Shown: positions 9,696-21,100 of the stretch, in pieces | Position numbering within the stretch: the stretch's first letter is position 1 | How the letters are laid out: each line of letters begins with the position of its first letter | Source: a plasmid | Sequence record: NZ_CP064116.1 | Direction: 5' to 3' (one strand) | DNA length: 64,000 nt | Notes under the pieces: model-generated | Database searches by the model: none | Told to the model about the DNA's origin: nothing | The model's input: only the letters and a program-made list of their open reading frames with translations | Program-made: the position numbers and the translations under genes

Positions 9696-11042
9696 CTATT
9701 TTTGGTTGTTTGACGTGGCCATGATGTAGGAGTTATTCAGTTGCCTGAGCTGTAGATCTGCCCGGTTGAGCAGGTCTCGGGACAGCGGTTGATCCTGCGG
9801 GGAATTTTGCAGTTGCCGGATTAATTCTTCAACTGGCACGCTTTCGTTTAAGGACTTTGATATAGAGAACACAGCAGTTTTAAGCTCACTAACGGTCAGG
9901 TATTTGCCCTTCTTCTCGTCGAGTTGATTAAGTCTGTCCTGAAGCGTCTGAAGCTCAGATACTCCCCTATACCAACCTGAAATGGTGGCATTGGGCAAAC
10001 TATTGGCTTGCAGCTTTGACCGCCAGTCAGCCGACACCTCCTCTGCAAATTTGGTGTTAGGGTAAAGATGGCGCGTTTGTTCTACCAACTGATTACCGTA
10101 TTGCAATGGCCAATACGGTGGAAGAATGCTCAGTTCGTTCAGACGGGAAGTTAATTTTTTTGCATAGGTATCACTGGATTCAAGCCACGTCGGGGCGTCC
10201 TGGCGTAGCTTATCTACAGCCGGAAGAGGCATGCTGGACGGTAAAGCTGCGAGAGAGTTGTTCAACGCATCTTCTCCGGGGTGGCTGAATACTATTGGAG
10301 TAAAAATAAAGGCGAGTATGCCCAGTACGGCAGCTGTTAAAATACCGCCGAAGTAAGCCACTAATGGAGTGATCCTGGTGGATGATTTTCTGATTACTTC
10401 AACTTCAACTGCTGGTTCAGAATTCACCACATATACCCAGCGCTGCCTATTCTGCCTTTCAGCCCTAACAGGTAGTGCTACATCTGTTAGATTGCTCTCT
10501 GTCTGGCTTGAGGGGACATCGCTATTCTCCAGCCTGATAGTTGTGTTTTGCAGCATCTGACGAAGCGGCTCAAATCCGCTTGCATTGTGGAGTTCGAGCC
10601 GTTGCAAGGCTTCACCTGTTGAGCTCAAAAGCCTTATGCCCTGGTTCAGGCCTGGTAAATCCTCCTTCTGAAGGGAAAAAGTCCGGTACAGCTGCTGAAG
10701 ACGTTTACTCAGGCTGCTAAGTATTTCTATTCTGGCATGTGCAGAAGCGGGCCACATTGCTGACCATTGGTAGCGTATCAGGGCATCCAGAATCGCCATA
10801 CCTTCATTGAAACCCTGTATACCCGCCTGTTGTGCCCTTGCCAGGGTATACCACGCAGCTGTCTGAAGCTCGACACCATTGGTATCGAAAAGGTTTAATG
10901 CCAGTTTTTCAACATTCCCCCAATTCACATCCGGACGGGCAGGATGGGAGAGTTTGGCAAGCTCATCACGTAGCGCTGAATAATCAGGCATTGTGCGAGG
11001 ATCGTTTCCGGTCTTGAGGTGGCGTTCGGTAGTGTTGGACAT
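9696..11042 (-). CDS. ImpA_N (TssA/VasL-like N-terminal) domain protein with central transmembrane helix
   Basis: The N-terminal residues PDVNWGNVEKLALNLF through IRYQWSAMWP match the ImpA_N consensus (DW..V..L...LL...DL...AW...rA....G..G...GL.ll..L...yWd.lhP). A hydrophobic helix (PLVAYFGGILTAAVLGILAFIFTPIVF) and a Q/L-rich C-terminus follow, as in VasL. Confidence 0.65.
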   Translation of the reverse strand: MSNTTERHLKTGNDPRTMPDYSALRDELAKLSHPARPDVNWGNVEKLALNLFDTNGVELQTAAWYTLARAQQAGIQGFNEGMAILDALIRYQWSAMWPASAHARIEILSSLSKRLQQLYRTFSLQKEDLPGLNQGIRLLSSTGEALQRLELHNASGFEPLRQMLQNTTIRLENSDVPSSQTESNLTDVALPVRAERQNRQRWVYVVNSEPAVEVEVIRKSSTRITPLVAYFGGILTAAVLGILAFIFTPIVFSHPGEDALNNSLAALPSSMPLPAVDKLRQDAPTWLESSDTYAKKLTSRLNELSILPPYWPLQYGNQLVEQTRHLYPNTKFAEEVSADWRSKLQANSLPNATISGWYRGVSELQTLQDRLNQLDEKKGKYLTVSELKTAVFSISKSLNESVPVEELIRQLQNSPQDQPLSRDLLNRADLQLRQLNNSYIMATSNNQK

Positions 11043-11172
11043 TGTGAAATCCGTATCGAATGAGGGTATGAGTTGATTAGATAAACTGATGATTTTCCAG
11101 ATGCTGCTGTTGTTTCAAGTGCCTGATCATCACTTTACCCTCTGGCATAAACTCGGTCCCATACCGTACAAG

Positions 11173-11992
11173 GGCACTGTTGCAAATAGTCGGTGGTGAT
11201 AAACTTATCATCCCCTTTTGCTGATGGAGCTGCACATGAACCCATTCAAAGGCCGGCATTTTCAGCGTGACATCATTCTGTGGGCCGTACGCTGGTACTG
11301 CAAATACGGCATCAGTTACCGTGAGCTGCAGGAGATGCTGGCTGAACGCGGAGTGAATGTCGATCACTCCACGATTTACCGCTGGGTTCAGCGTTATGCG
11401 CCTGAAATGGAAAAACGGCTGCGCTGGTACTGGCGTAACCCTTCCGATCTTTGCCCGTGGCACATGGATGAAACCTACGTGAAGGTCAATGGCCGCTGGG
11501 CGTATCTGTACCGGGCCGTCGACAGCCGGGGCCGCACTGTCGATTTTTATCTCTCCTCCCGTCGTAACAGCAAAGCTGCATACCGGTTTCTGGGTAAAAT
11601 CCTCAACAACGTGAAGAAGTGGCAGATCCCGCGATTCATCAACACGGATAAAGCGCCCGCCTATGGTCGCGCGCTTGCTCTGCTCAAACGCGAAGGCCGG
11701 TGCCCGTCTGACGTTGAACACCGACAGATTAAGTACCGGAACAACGTGATTGAATGCGATCATGGCAAACTGAAACGGATAATCGGCGCCACGCTGGGAT
11801 TTAAATCCATGAAGACGGCTTACGCCACCATCAAAGGTATTGAGGTGATGCGTGCACTACGCAAAGGCCAGGCCTCAGCATTTTATTATGGTGATCCCCT
11901 GGGCGAAATGCGCCTGGTAAGCAGAGTTTTTGAAATGTAAGGCCTTTGAATAAGACAAAAGGCTGCCTCATCGCTAACTTTGCAACAGTGCC
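11173..11992 (+). mobile_element. IS26: IS26 copy 1 (820 bp, GGCACTGTTGCAAA terminal repeats)
   Basis: Exact IS26 ends and the 240-aa Tnp26 ORF. Confidence 0.95.
11218..11940 (+). CDS. tnp26: IS26 transposase Tnp26 (IS6 family DDE)
   Basis: 240-aa MLMELHMNPFKGRHFQRDIILWAVRWYCKYG... sequence, identical in all four copies. Confidence 0.95.
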   Translation: MLMELHMNPFKGRHFQRDIILWAVRWYCKYGISYRELQEMLAERGVNVDHSTIYRWVQRYAPEMEKRLRWYWRNPSDLCPWHMDETYVKVNGRWAYLYRAVDSRGRTVDFYLSSRRNSKAAYRFLGKILNNVKKWQIPRFINTDKAPAYGRALALLKREGRCPSDVEHRQIKYRNNVIECDHGKLKRIIGATLGFKSMKTAYATIKGIEVMRALRKGQASAFYYGDPLGEMRLVSRVFEM

Positions 11993-12088
11993 CGCTGGAC
12001 TCATAAGCCAGGAACGGCAGAGTCGTACCCTGTTCTGCAGGCCCTGCTATGCGCAGCTTGAGCAATTGATGGCCTTTCTGACAGAAGA

Positions 12089-12871
12089 ATGCTGCGCAGG
12101 CGGCAGCTGCAGTCTGTCACCCGCAAAGACTCCCGAAGAGACCCCATTGTGAACAACCTGACTGATGCCCTGAAAAATATCGATCCGGCCCTCCTGGACG
12201 CGCCGCTGACGGAAGATAAGCTGAAGGCCAGAGAGATAACGCATCCGCCCCGCATCCTGATGCTCTACGGCTCGCTGCGGGCGCGCTCTTACAGCCGGCT
12301 GACAACGGAAGAAGGTGCCCGGCTGCTGACGGCCATGGGCGCGGAGGTGAAAATTTTCAACCCGTCCGGCCTGCCACTGCCCGATGATGCGCCGGAGACG
12401 CACCCGAAAGTGGCTGAGCTGCGGGAGCTGGTTCTCTGGTCGGAAGGCATGGTCTGGTGCTCTCCGGAGCGTCACGGGGCCATGACCGGCATCATGAAGG
12501 CCCAGATTGACTGGATACCGCTGACGTCAGGCGCGGTCCGCCCGTCACAGGGAAAAACCCTGGCCGTCATGCAGGTCAGCGGCGGCTCACAGTCGTTCAA
12601 CGCTGTAAATCAGATGCGTATTCTTGGACGCTGGATGCGGATGATCACCATCCCGAATCAGTCATCCGTGGCAAAAGCCTGGGCCGAGTTTGATGAGGAT
12701 GGCCGCATGAAGCCTTCTTCGTATTATGACCGCATAGTGGACGTCATGGAGGAACTGATGAAGTTCACCCTGCTGACGCGCGGTCGCAGTGATTATCTCA
12801 CCGACCGCTACAGCGAAAGGAAAGAGAGTGCCGCGCAGCTTTCTGAGCGGGTCAACCAGCGCAGCATATAA
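12089..12871 (+). CDS. arsH: ArsH NADPH-dependent FMN reductase (true start may be internal, e.g. GTG near 12149)
   Basis: Motif [17 protein letters not shown] plus conserved ArsH core and C-terminus. Begins 97 bp after the IS26 end. Confidence 0.75.
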   Translation: MLRRRQLQSVTRKDSRRDPIVNNLTDALKNIDPALLDAPLTEDKLKAREITHPPRILMLYGSLRARSYSRLTTEEGARLLTAMGAEVKIFNPSGLPLPDDAPETHPKVAELRELVLWSEGMVWCSPERHGAMTGIMKAQIDWIPLTSGAVRPSQGKTLAVMQVSGGSQSFNAVNQMRILGRWMRMITIPNQSSVAKAWAEFDEDGRMKPSSYYDRIVDVMEELMKFTLLTRGRSDYLTDRYSERKESAAQLSERVNQRSI

Positions 12872-12928
12872 AAAAGCCGGCAGATGCCGGCTTTTTCCAC
12901 ACTGTTATGCCCGCAGCCTGGTAAAAAA

Positions 12929-13357
12929 TCAGTGGCTGACGCGGTTCCCGTGCTCATCAATGACGGCTTCGCCGTCCTCTTTGGTAAACGCGCCCTGCTG
13001 CGGGTCCGGCAGTATGTCCAGAACCACTTCGGAGGGACGGCACAGCTTCGTGCCGAGCGGTGTCACTACCACCGGGCGATTAATGAGGATCGGATGAGCC
13101 AGCATGGCATCGAGCAGTTCGTCATTGCTGAAGCGGTCTTCTGCCAGGCCGAGCTGTTCGTACGGTTCGGTATTTTTGCGCAGCAGGTCGCGCACGCCGA
13201 TGCCCATATCCGCAATCAGCTTCTTCAGCTCATCGCGTGACGGCGGCGTTTCCAGATACAGAATAACCGTGGGTTCGGCGCCGCTGTTACGGATAAGCGC
13301 CAGGGTATTGCGGGATGTCCCGCAGGCCGGGTTGTGGTAAATGGTAATGTCAGTCAT
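12929..13357 (-). CDS. arsC: arsenate reductase ArsC (glutaredoxin-dependent)
   Basis: MTDITIYHNPACGTSRNTLALIRNSG... gives a 142-aa ArsC. The longer annotated ORF has a spurious N-terminal extension. Confidence 0.85.
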   Translation of the reverse strand: MTDITIYHNPACGTSRNTLALIRNSGAEPTVILYLETPPSRDELKKLIADMGIGVRDLLRKNTEPYEQLGLAEDRFSNDELLDAMLAHPILINRPVVVTPLGTKLCRPSEVVLDILPDPQQGAFTKEDGEAVIDEHGNRVSH

Positions 13358-13406
13358 AAGCGGTACTCCGTAAAGGGGCTGCACGGGCGCAGCCCCGGGG
13401 TTAAAG

Positions 13407-14690
13407 TTAAACAGACAGGCGCAGGGCCAGCGCGGCCAGCGTGACAAAAAGCACCGGCAGGGTCATCACGATGCCCACGCGGAAGTAATAGCCCCAGCTG
13501 ATGGTGATGTTTTTCTGTGCCAGCACGTGCAGCCACAGCAGGGTTGCGAGGCTGCCGATAGGGGTTATTTTCGGGCCGAGGTCACAGCCGATGACGTTGG
13601 CGTAAATCATCGCCTGCTTCACCACGCCCTGTGCGCTACTACCGTCAATCGACAACGCGCCAACCAGCACGGTGGGCATGTTGTTCATGACGGACGAGAG
13701 TGCCGCCGTCAGGAAGCCGGTGCCGAGCGTTGCGCCCCATACGCCGTGCTCTGCAAACCGGTTCAGGGCGGCGGAAAGGTAATCAGTCAGTCCGGCGTTA
13801 CGCAGTCCGTATACCACCAGATACATGCCCAGCGAAAAGATAACGATCTGCCAGGGCGCGCCTTTCAGCACCCTGCCGGCGTCAATCACGTGTCCTTTGC
13901 GGGCAACCAGCCAGAGAATAAACGCCGCCACCGCCGCCACCAGGCTGACCGGCACGCCGAGCGGCTCCAGAGCAAAAAAGCCAACCAGCAGAAGAACCAA
14001 AACCACCCAGCCAGCCTTAAAGGTTCGTGCATCCCGGATGGCTTCCCGCGGTGCCTTCAGCTTCGCCAGGTCATAGGTGACCGGGATGTCCCTGCGGAAA
14101 AAGAGATGAAGCATCACCAGCGTGGCCGCAATGGAGGCAATGTTCACCGGCACCATGACGGATGCGTACTCGCTGAAGCCCAGCGTAAAGAAGTCAGCCG
14201 TTACGATGTTCACCAGGTTCGATACGATGAGCGGCAGGCTGGAGGTGTCAGCGATAAAGCCCGCTGCCATCACAAACGCCAGCGTGGAGCCGGGAGTGAA
14301 TCCCAGCGCCAGCAGCATGGCAATAACGATCGGCGTCAGAATTAGCGCGGCTCCGTCATTGGCAAACAGCGCCGCCACTGCGGCACCCAGCAGAACGATA
14401 TACGTGAACAGCAGCCGGCCCCTGCCGCCTCCCCAGCGGGAAACGTGCAGCGCGGCCCACTCAAAAAAGCCGGACTCATCGAGCAGCAGGCTGATAATGA
14501 TGACCGCAATGAACGTGCCCGTGGCGTTCCAGACAATCTGCCAGACCACCGGAATATCACCGATGTGCACCACGCCGGTCAGCAGCGCCAGCGCCGCACC
14601 GATGACGGCACTCCAGCCAATGCTCAGCCCCTTCGGCTGCCAGATGACCAGTACCAGCGTCAGGATGAAAATCGCACCTGCCAGAAACAT
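13407..14690 (-). CDS. arsB: arsenite efflux pump ArsB
   Basis: Near-identity in pattern to R773 ArsB ([22 protein letters not shown]...), 12-TM protein. Confidence 0.9.
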   Translation of the reverse strand: MFLAGAIFILTLVLVIWQPKGLSIGWSAVIGAALALLTGVVHIGDIPVVWQIVWNATGTFIAVIIISLLLDESGFFEWAALHVSRWGGGRGRLLFTYIVLLGAAVAALFANDGAALILTPIVIAMLLALGFTPGSTLAFVMAAGFIADTSSLPLIVSNLVNIVTADFFTLGFSEYASVMVPVNIASIAATLVMLHLFFRRDIPVTYDLAKLKAPREAIRDARTFKAGWVVLVLLLVGFFALEPLGVPVSLVAAVAAFILWLVARKGHVIDAGRVLKGAPWQIVIFSLGMYLVVYGLRNAGLTDYLSAALNRFAEHGVWGATLGTGFLTAALSSVMNNMPTVLVGALSIDGSSAQGVVKQAMIYANVIGCDLGPKITPIGSLATLLWLHVLAQKNITISWGYYFRVGIVMTLPVLFVTLAALALRLSV

Positions 14691-14785
14691 ACCCGCTCCT
14701 ATTGAATACAAATGCCTGTTAAACCGGACTGATAAATTTTCGATGCGTAATATATTCGATAATCCAGATATATACCGGTAAATTT

Positions 14786-15139
14786 TTAAATGCAGACAGG
14801 CTTGCCGTTGGTGGTGGCGTTATCGCGTTCAGCCTGCCGGCTGAGCTGGCGGATATCATCCCGCTGGCAGAGATAAGCCTGTTCGATAACCGCCGCTGCC
14901 CACGCCGGCATATGAGGCGACAGACGATAGTGGATCCATTTTCCGTCCCGCCGGTCGGTAAGCAGCCCGTTTTCTCTCAGCAGAGCCAGATGCCGTGAGA
15001 TTTTGGGCTGAGTTTCTTTCAGCACGGACGTAAGTTCACAGACGCAGAGCTCCCCTTTTTCGCGTAGCAGCAGCACGAGGCTGAGTCGGGTTTCGTCGGA
15101 AAGGCTTTTAAAAAGCTGCAGGGGGGACACGGGTGGCAT
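14786..15139 (-). CDS. arsR: ArsR arsenic-responsive repressor
   Basis: ELCVCEL metal-binding motif and HTH ([26 protein letters not shown]). Leads the arsRBC operon. Confidence 0.9.
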   Translation of the reverse strand: MPPVSPLQLFKSLSDETRLSLVLLLREKGELCVCELTSVLKETQPKISRHLALLRENGLLTDRRDGKWIHYRLSPHMPAWAAAVIEQAYLCQRDDIRQLSRQAERDNATTNGKPVCI

Positions 15140-15615
15140 GGTGACTCCTTATTGTGACTGACCTGAGTGTACCTGTGAAACTTTCTCCGTCAAATTTATA
15201 TTCACTTAATCATATGTATGTGCGAACGCCGGACGAGCCTGAGCATGCAGAAGGACTTTCCGTCCGGATGCGCCTGACCGGCATTCCATGAACAGCGTTT
15301 TTGCCCTGCGCGTTGACCCCGTTAACAATTCGTGTAGAGTAAAAAGCGCTTTTTGCCGTGGTTCATCTGCCCGGCGGGCATTTGTGGCCGGTACTGAACG
15401 TCTCTCATCCGGTCTTTCTGATTACCCGCGCTGCTCTGTCAGCCGTGAAGGAGTGATAAACACCACCATGCGTCTTACGCCACCCTGAGTCGTACCCCTC
15501 CTCTGTCGCACTGAATAAACTTCGGCGCGCACTCAAAAACATCCCGTCTGCGGATGTGCTTTTTCGTACGTAAAATTTTTGCCCTCACGGGCTGACCGTA
15601 ATCAAAAACTGAGAA

Positions 15616-17100
15616 ATGACTATGCTGCTGTCCTCGACGCGTAAGGACTGGCTGGGTAACGTCCGTGGTGACGTCCTTGCCGGTATTGTGGTCGCGCTCG
15701 CGCTTATTCCCGAAGCGATCGCCTTTTCCATCATCGCCGGAGTCGACCCGCAGGTCGGGCTCTACTCTGCGTTCTGTATTCCCCTGGTTATGGCCTTCCT
15801 CGGCGGCCGTCCGGCAATGATATCGTCCGCCACCGGTGCGATGGCGCTGCTGCTGATCACGCTTGTAAAAGACCACGGCCTGCAGTATCTGCTGGCGGCC
15901 TCGGCGCTGACCGGCGTACTGCAGCTGGCGGCCGGCTACCTGAAGCTGGGCAGCCTGATGCGCTACGTCTCCCGCTCGGTGGTCACCGGTTTCGTGAACG
16001 CGCTGGCCATCCTGATATTTATGGCGCAGCTGCCGGAGCTGACCAACGTCACCTGGCACGTTTATGCCCTGACCGCTGCGGGCCTGGGCATCATTTATCT
16101 CTTCCCGTATCTGAACAAAACCATTCCCTCGCCGCTGGTCTGCATCATCGTGCTGACCGCCATTTCCATGTGGCTGCACCTGGACGTGCGCACCGTGGGT
16201 GACATGGGCAAACTGCCGGACAGCCTGCCGGTGTTTCTGATCCCGGATATCCCGCTTAACCTCGACACGCTGATGATTATTCTGCCGTACTCGGCAGGAC
16301 TTGCCGTGGTGGGGCTGCTGGAGTCGATGATGACCGCCACCATCGTGGACGACATGACCGACACGCCGAGCGATAAAAACCGCGAGTGCAAGGCGCAGGG
16401 CGTGGCCAACATCTGCACCTCCTTTATCGGCGGCATGGCGGGCTGCGCGATGATTGGCCAGTCGGTGATCAACGTCAAATCGGGCGGGCGCGGGCGGCTT
16501 TCCACGCTCACCGCCGGCGTGGTGCTGCTGCTGATGGTGGTGTTCCTGCGCGACTGGGTGTCCCGGATACCCATGGCGGCTCTGGTGGCGGTGATGATCA
16601 TGGTCTCCATCGGCACCTTCTCCTGGCGCTCCATCAGCAACCTGCGCAGCCATCCGCTGTCAACCAGCGTGGTGATGCTGGCCACCGTGGTGGTGGTGGT
16701 GGCGACCGATAACCTGGCGTTTGGCGTGCTCACCGGCGTGCTGATTGCCTCGCTGAACTTCGCCACCAAGGTCGCCCGCTTTATGGCGGTCTCCTCTGAG
16801 CTGAAGGACGACACCCGCACCTATACCGTAGCCGGCCAGGTATTCTTTGCCTCATCCGATCGCTTTATGAGCCACTTCGACTTCCGTGAAGCGGTGGAGC
16901 GCGTGGTGATTGACGTAACGCACGCCCACTTCTGGGATATCACCTCCGTGAGCGCGCTGGACCGGGTGGTTATCAAGTTCCGTCGCGAAGGCACGGAAGT
17001 GGAGATCAAGGGTATGAATGACGCGACCCGCACCCTCGTTGACCGCTTCGGAGTGCATGACAAGCCTGAAGAAGTGGAAAAGCTGATGGGTGGCCATTAA
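15616..17100 (+). CDS. SulP-family anion transporter with C-terminal STAS domain
   Basis: 494-aa multi-TM protein with SulP motifs and a C-terminal STAS-like segment. Confidence 0.75.
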   Translation: MTMLLSSTRKDWLGNVRGDVLAGIVVALALIPEAIAFSIIAGVDPQVGLYSAFCIPLVMAFLGGRPAMISSATGAMALLLITLVKDHGLQYLLAASALTGVLQLAAGYLKLGSLMRYVSRSVVTGFVNALAILIFMAQLPELTNVTWHVYALTAAGLGIIYLFPYLNKTIPSPLVCIIVLTAISMWLHLDVRTVGDMGKLPDSLPVFLIPDIPLNLDTLMIILPYSAGLAVVGLLESMMTATIVDDMTDTPSDKNRECKAQGVANICTSFIGGMAGCAMIGQSVINVKSGGRGRLSTLTAGVVLLLMVVFLRDWVSRIPMAALVAVMIMVSIGTFSWRSISNLRSHPLSTSVVMLATVVVVVATDNLAFGVLTGVLIASLNFATKVARFMAVSSELKDDTRTYTVAGQVFFASSDRFMSHFDFREAVERVVIDVTHAHFWDITSVSALDRVVIKFRREGTEVEIKGMNDATRTLVDRFGVHDKPEEVEKLMGGH

Positions 17101-17118
17101 TTTACTGGAGAAAGCATC

Positions 17119-17946
17119 ATGAATAACACCGTTATTGCCTGCGTTGACGGCTCGCCGTCAACCCGGCCGGTCTGTGAGTATGCTGCCTGGGCAGCCGGTA
17201 AACTTGGCGCGCCGCTGGCGCTGCTGCACGTGCTCGAAAAGAGTGAGACTCCCGCCGTGTCTGACCTGACCGGGAGCATTGGTATTGACAGCCGGGAGCA
17301 GCTGACCGAAGCGCTGGTCCGCGTCGAGGGTGAGCGCAGCCGGCTGCTGATGGCGCAGGGTAAGGCCGTGCTGGCCGGCTGTGCGGAGCTCCTGAAGCAG
17401 ACCGGACAGCCGGACGCACAGCTGCTGCAAAAGCACGGCGCACTGGACGAAATCCTGGCGGAGCTGGGCGAAGTCCGGCTGATGGTGCTGGGGCGCCGCG
17501 GGACGCAGAATCAGGTAGGCAGCCATCTGGAAAGCGTCATTCGCCTGCAGAAAAACCCGGTGCTGATTGTGCCGGAGACGTTTACGCCGCCGGCGCGGGT
17601 GATGTTTGCGTACGACGGCAGCAGTGAGAGCCGTAAAAACCTGACGCGCCTGACGGTCAGCCCGCTGCTGCACGGCCTGAGCTGTCATATCGTGATGGTC
17701 AACGGTGACATGTCAGCCCTGCAGGATGCGCAGGCTGTTCTTCAGGAAGCCGGTATCACGACCGAGACACGCCTGCTGGAAGACGAGTCCGTAACCGGGG
17801 CGCTGTGCCGCTACGCGGACGCCCATGATATCGACCTCACGGTAATGGGGGCCTGCGGGCACTCCCGGTTACGGCGATTCTTTATTGGCAGCCACACCAC
17901 GGAAATGCTGTCTGAAAGCCGTCAGCCCCTGCTGATGCTGCGATGA
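17119..17946 (+). CDS. tandem universal stress protein (UspA-family) domain protein
   Basis: Two Usp-like halves (VIACVDGS...ALLHV and VMFAYDGS...). A ggag ribosome-binding site lies 8 nt upstream. Confidence 0.7.
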   Translation: MNNTVIACVDGSPSTRPVCEYAAWAAGKLGAPLALLHVLEKSETPAVSDLTGSIGIDSREQLTEALVRVEGERSRLLMAQGKAVLAGCAELLKQTGQPDAQLLQKHGALDEILAELGEVRLMVLGRRGTQNQVGSHLESVIRLQKNPVLIVPETFTPPARVMFAYDGSSESRKNLTRLTVSPLLHGLSCHIVMVNGDMSALQDAQAVLQEAGITTETRLLEDESVTGALCRYADAHDIDLTVMGACGHSRLRRFFIGSHTTEMLSESRQPLLMLR

Positions 17947-18110
17947 AACAGGCGGGCCTGATATCAGGCCCGCCTTCACAGGGGAAAGAGGATGACGGGT
18001 ATGAAGGTAAAGGCGCGTTATTGCGGCGCATCCGTCCTGATACCGGTGGCCAGCAGGCTGGCGCCAAGAATGTAGACGGGGTCTGACGCTCAGTGGAACG
18101 AAAACTCACG

Positions 18111-21100
18111 TTAAGCAACGTTTTCTGCCTCTGACGCCTCTTTTAATGGTCTCAGATGTCCTTTGGTCACCAGTTCTGCCAGCGTGAAGGAATAATGGCC
18201 GAGCATATTGATATGTCCGTGGCAAAGCGGGGAGAGGCGTGCGATATCTTCATCATTCAGTGTTTCACCCTGCGCCCGGAGATGATCCAGGGCTGCCTGC
18301 ATATAAATAGTGTTCCATAACACGACGGCGTTAGTGACCAGCCCCAGTGTGCCCAGTTGATCTTCCTGACCGTCGGTATATCGTTTTCTTATCTCACCTT
18401 TTTGACCGTGACAGATGGCTCTGGCAACGGCATGGCGACTTTCTCCCCGATTAAGCTGGGTCAGAATGCGCCGGCGGTAATCTTCATCATCAATATAATT
18501 AAGCAGATACAGCGTTTTGTTGATGCGCCCCACTTCAATGATTGCCTGAGTCAGTCCGGAAGGACGTTCACTTTTCAGCAATGAACGGACCAGCACTGAA
18601 ACCTGTACTTTGCCCAGCTTCAGGGAGCCAGCGGTCCGGATCATTTCGTCCCACTGAAGGACTATTTTTCGGGGATCTGATTGCCCTCTGGCAATATCAT
18701 TCAGCACGCCATAGTCGGCATCATGGTCCATTCGCCAGAAAACCGAAGCACCGGCATCAGCCAGGCGTGGAGAAAACTGGTATCCCAGCAGCCAGAAAAG
18801 GCCAAAGACAAGTTCGCTGGCACCTGCTGTATCGGTCATAATTTCGGTTGGATTCAGCCCGGTCTCCTGTTCCAGAAGACCTTCCAGCACAAAGATAGAG
18901 TCCCTCAGCGTCCCCGGTATAACGATGCCATGAAAGCCGGAATACTGATCGGACACAAAGTTGTACCAGGTGATCCCTCTGTTATTACCAAAGTATTTGC
19001 GGTTCGGTCCGGCATTGATTGTTCTGACTGGCGTAACAAAGCGCATTCCATCTGCAGATGCCACTTCTCCTCCACCCCATATCTGTGCCAGTGGCAGCGT
19101 TGCCTGAAAATCAACCAGTCTGGCATTAGCGCTGGTGATAGTTTCAGCCCGCAGATAGTTCGCTTTTGTCCAGTTCAGCCGGTGTCGGGTCAGTGCAGGA
19201 ACATTTGATCTGATCAGTGGTTCCAGACCGATATTGCAGGCTTCAGCCATCAGCACGGCGCTGATGCTGACGGGCAGATCATCAACTCTGGCACTGGCTT
19301 CACTAGCATGGAAAAACTCATCAGCAAATCCGGTATGGGCGTTAATTTCGAGCAGCAACTCCGTTAAATCCACCGGAGGGAGTAGATCACTGATCATTTT
19401 GCTCAGTCGTTTCAGACTGTCCGGCTCATCAAGACTGGCGAGGGGAGAAATTGTCAACCGGGGCTTCGGGCCAGAAACATCGAGTTCGACAGCCTCATTT
19501 TCGCAAAGACGTGCAGCAACCTGTCTGTAACGACTATCAAGCTGATGACCCAGAGATTTTATTGCTTCCTGCGGGTCTGTCGGGTGCCCCAAAGAACGAT
19601 AAACCTTAATCCGGTTTGCCTGCCAGTCAGCACCCTGTAGTAATCTTGCACGAGGATCTCCCCACCGGTTACTGCCGGTAACGTAGACATCCCTCCGCCT
19701 CAGACTATCCTGCAGTTTACTGAGAAAGCAGAGCGTGTATCCCCTGCGGGTGATATGTTTTTCCTTGTTAATCACCAGCCGTTTCCATGACCGACTGATA
19801 ATTTCCGTTGGTGCGTCGTCAAAAAACTGCCGCCGTGAGCTGAACTCCCGGCTGAGGTAGTCACAGGCATTCAGAGTGGTAACCCCGGCAGGTGCGGATG
19901 AAAATTTAACGGTATTCAGCAGATGGGGCAGGAAACGACGAACGCGCCCGTACTGCTCCACCATTTCTTCATGAAAATTATCGTCTGAGGGCCGGGCAAT
20001 TTCACGGACAAGCGTGATGATTTCAGCCAGCTTTTGCCTTGGGATGTAGCTGAACACCTCAGCACGAATCGATTCGTCCGGTGTTTCTTCTTTCAGCAGG
20101 TACGAACATGCGCTGGCGAGCGCCAATGCAGATTTATCCAGATCCTTCAGCGAGCGGAGCCGTTTTTTCTGCCCAATCTTTCTGGCGTCACGGATGATAA
20201 CGGCCAGCATGGCGTCCAGAACGTCCAATGCATCATCCAGCGCCAGCGTTTCCCATGCAAGGACAAAGGCAACCAGAACCGCCATCCTTTTCTGCGGTGA
20301 CATCCTGGCAATATTGAACACCGAAGTCATACCAGCATAACGTGCGAGATTTTTCAGGCGCACAGCCGGGAGTGTACTCAGGTTTTCAGCATGCAGGCCA
20401 AAATCGTTCAGAGTTTTCCAGCGTTCAATTGCTTCATTAAACGCCGGACCACTGATGGTCACAGGGCCCTTTTTCAGTGATTCCAGTAAAGACAGGCGGC
20501 TGCAATCAGTTGGCCCCAGCAGCATCTCCAGCTGTGAACGCTGTTCGGCTGACGGTATCAGTGCCAGTTTGTTCCACAGGCGCAACGTCGCCTTTTCCCT
20601 TACCTCTGAAATCAACCGGGTCAGCGTAGTGGCTCCGGGGAGAATAATACGATGTTGCATAAGCCACCCTGTCGCCAGATCGAAAAGCAGGCCAGGACGT
20701 TCGTTGCTTATCCAGCTCCGGGTATATAAAAGACGGGTAAGGCGAAATGTCCAGGGCCAGGCAAATTCACGATACTGATAGTGCTGACGTATCAGCGCTG
20801 CATGCTCACGGCGGGTATTTTCCCTCTGACCGTATTCTGCAAGAACGGTGATATCACGAATCCCGAGCTGTCTGGCGGTAAAATGCCGGACGCCGGAAGG
20901 AATATGATTCATATCGGTGAGGAAGGTGCCCAGAAAACGGACACATCCAATTTGCAGGGCAATGCCCAGACGGTTGTGATCACCTCTGCTTTTTCCGATA
21001 AATTCCTTGTCTGCTTCATCAAGGTGAAAATATCGTGCCAGCTGAAGCTCATCCGGTTCACCGGTGAATCTGCCATAGCTTTCAGTCTGCTCAGTGGTCA

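Noticed and set aside
11077-11763. 228-aa ORF antisense to IS26 tnp26 (repeated at 29881-30603, 37655-38266, 41943-42599)
   Set aside because: Known long antisense frame of IS26. No ribosome-binding site, and identical in every copy only because the IS is identical.
13527-14345. 272-aa His/Arg/Gln-rich ORF antisense to arsB
   Set aside because: Low-complexity composition typical of reverse-strand reading of a GC-rich membrane-protein gene.
15475-16653. 392-aa His/Gln/Arg-rich ORF antisense to the SulP gene
   Set aside because: Same reasoning: compositionally biased antisense frame, no motif.
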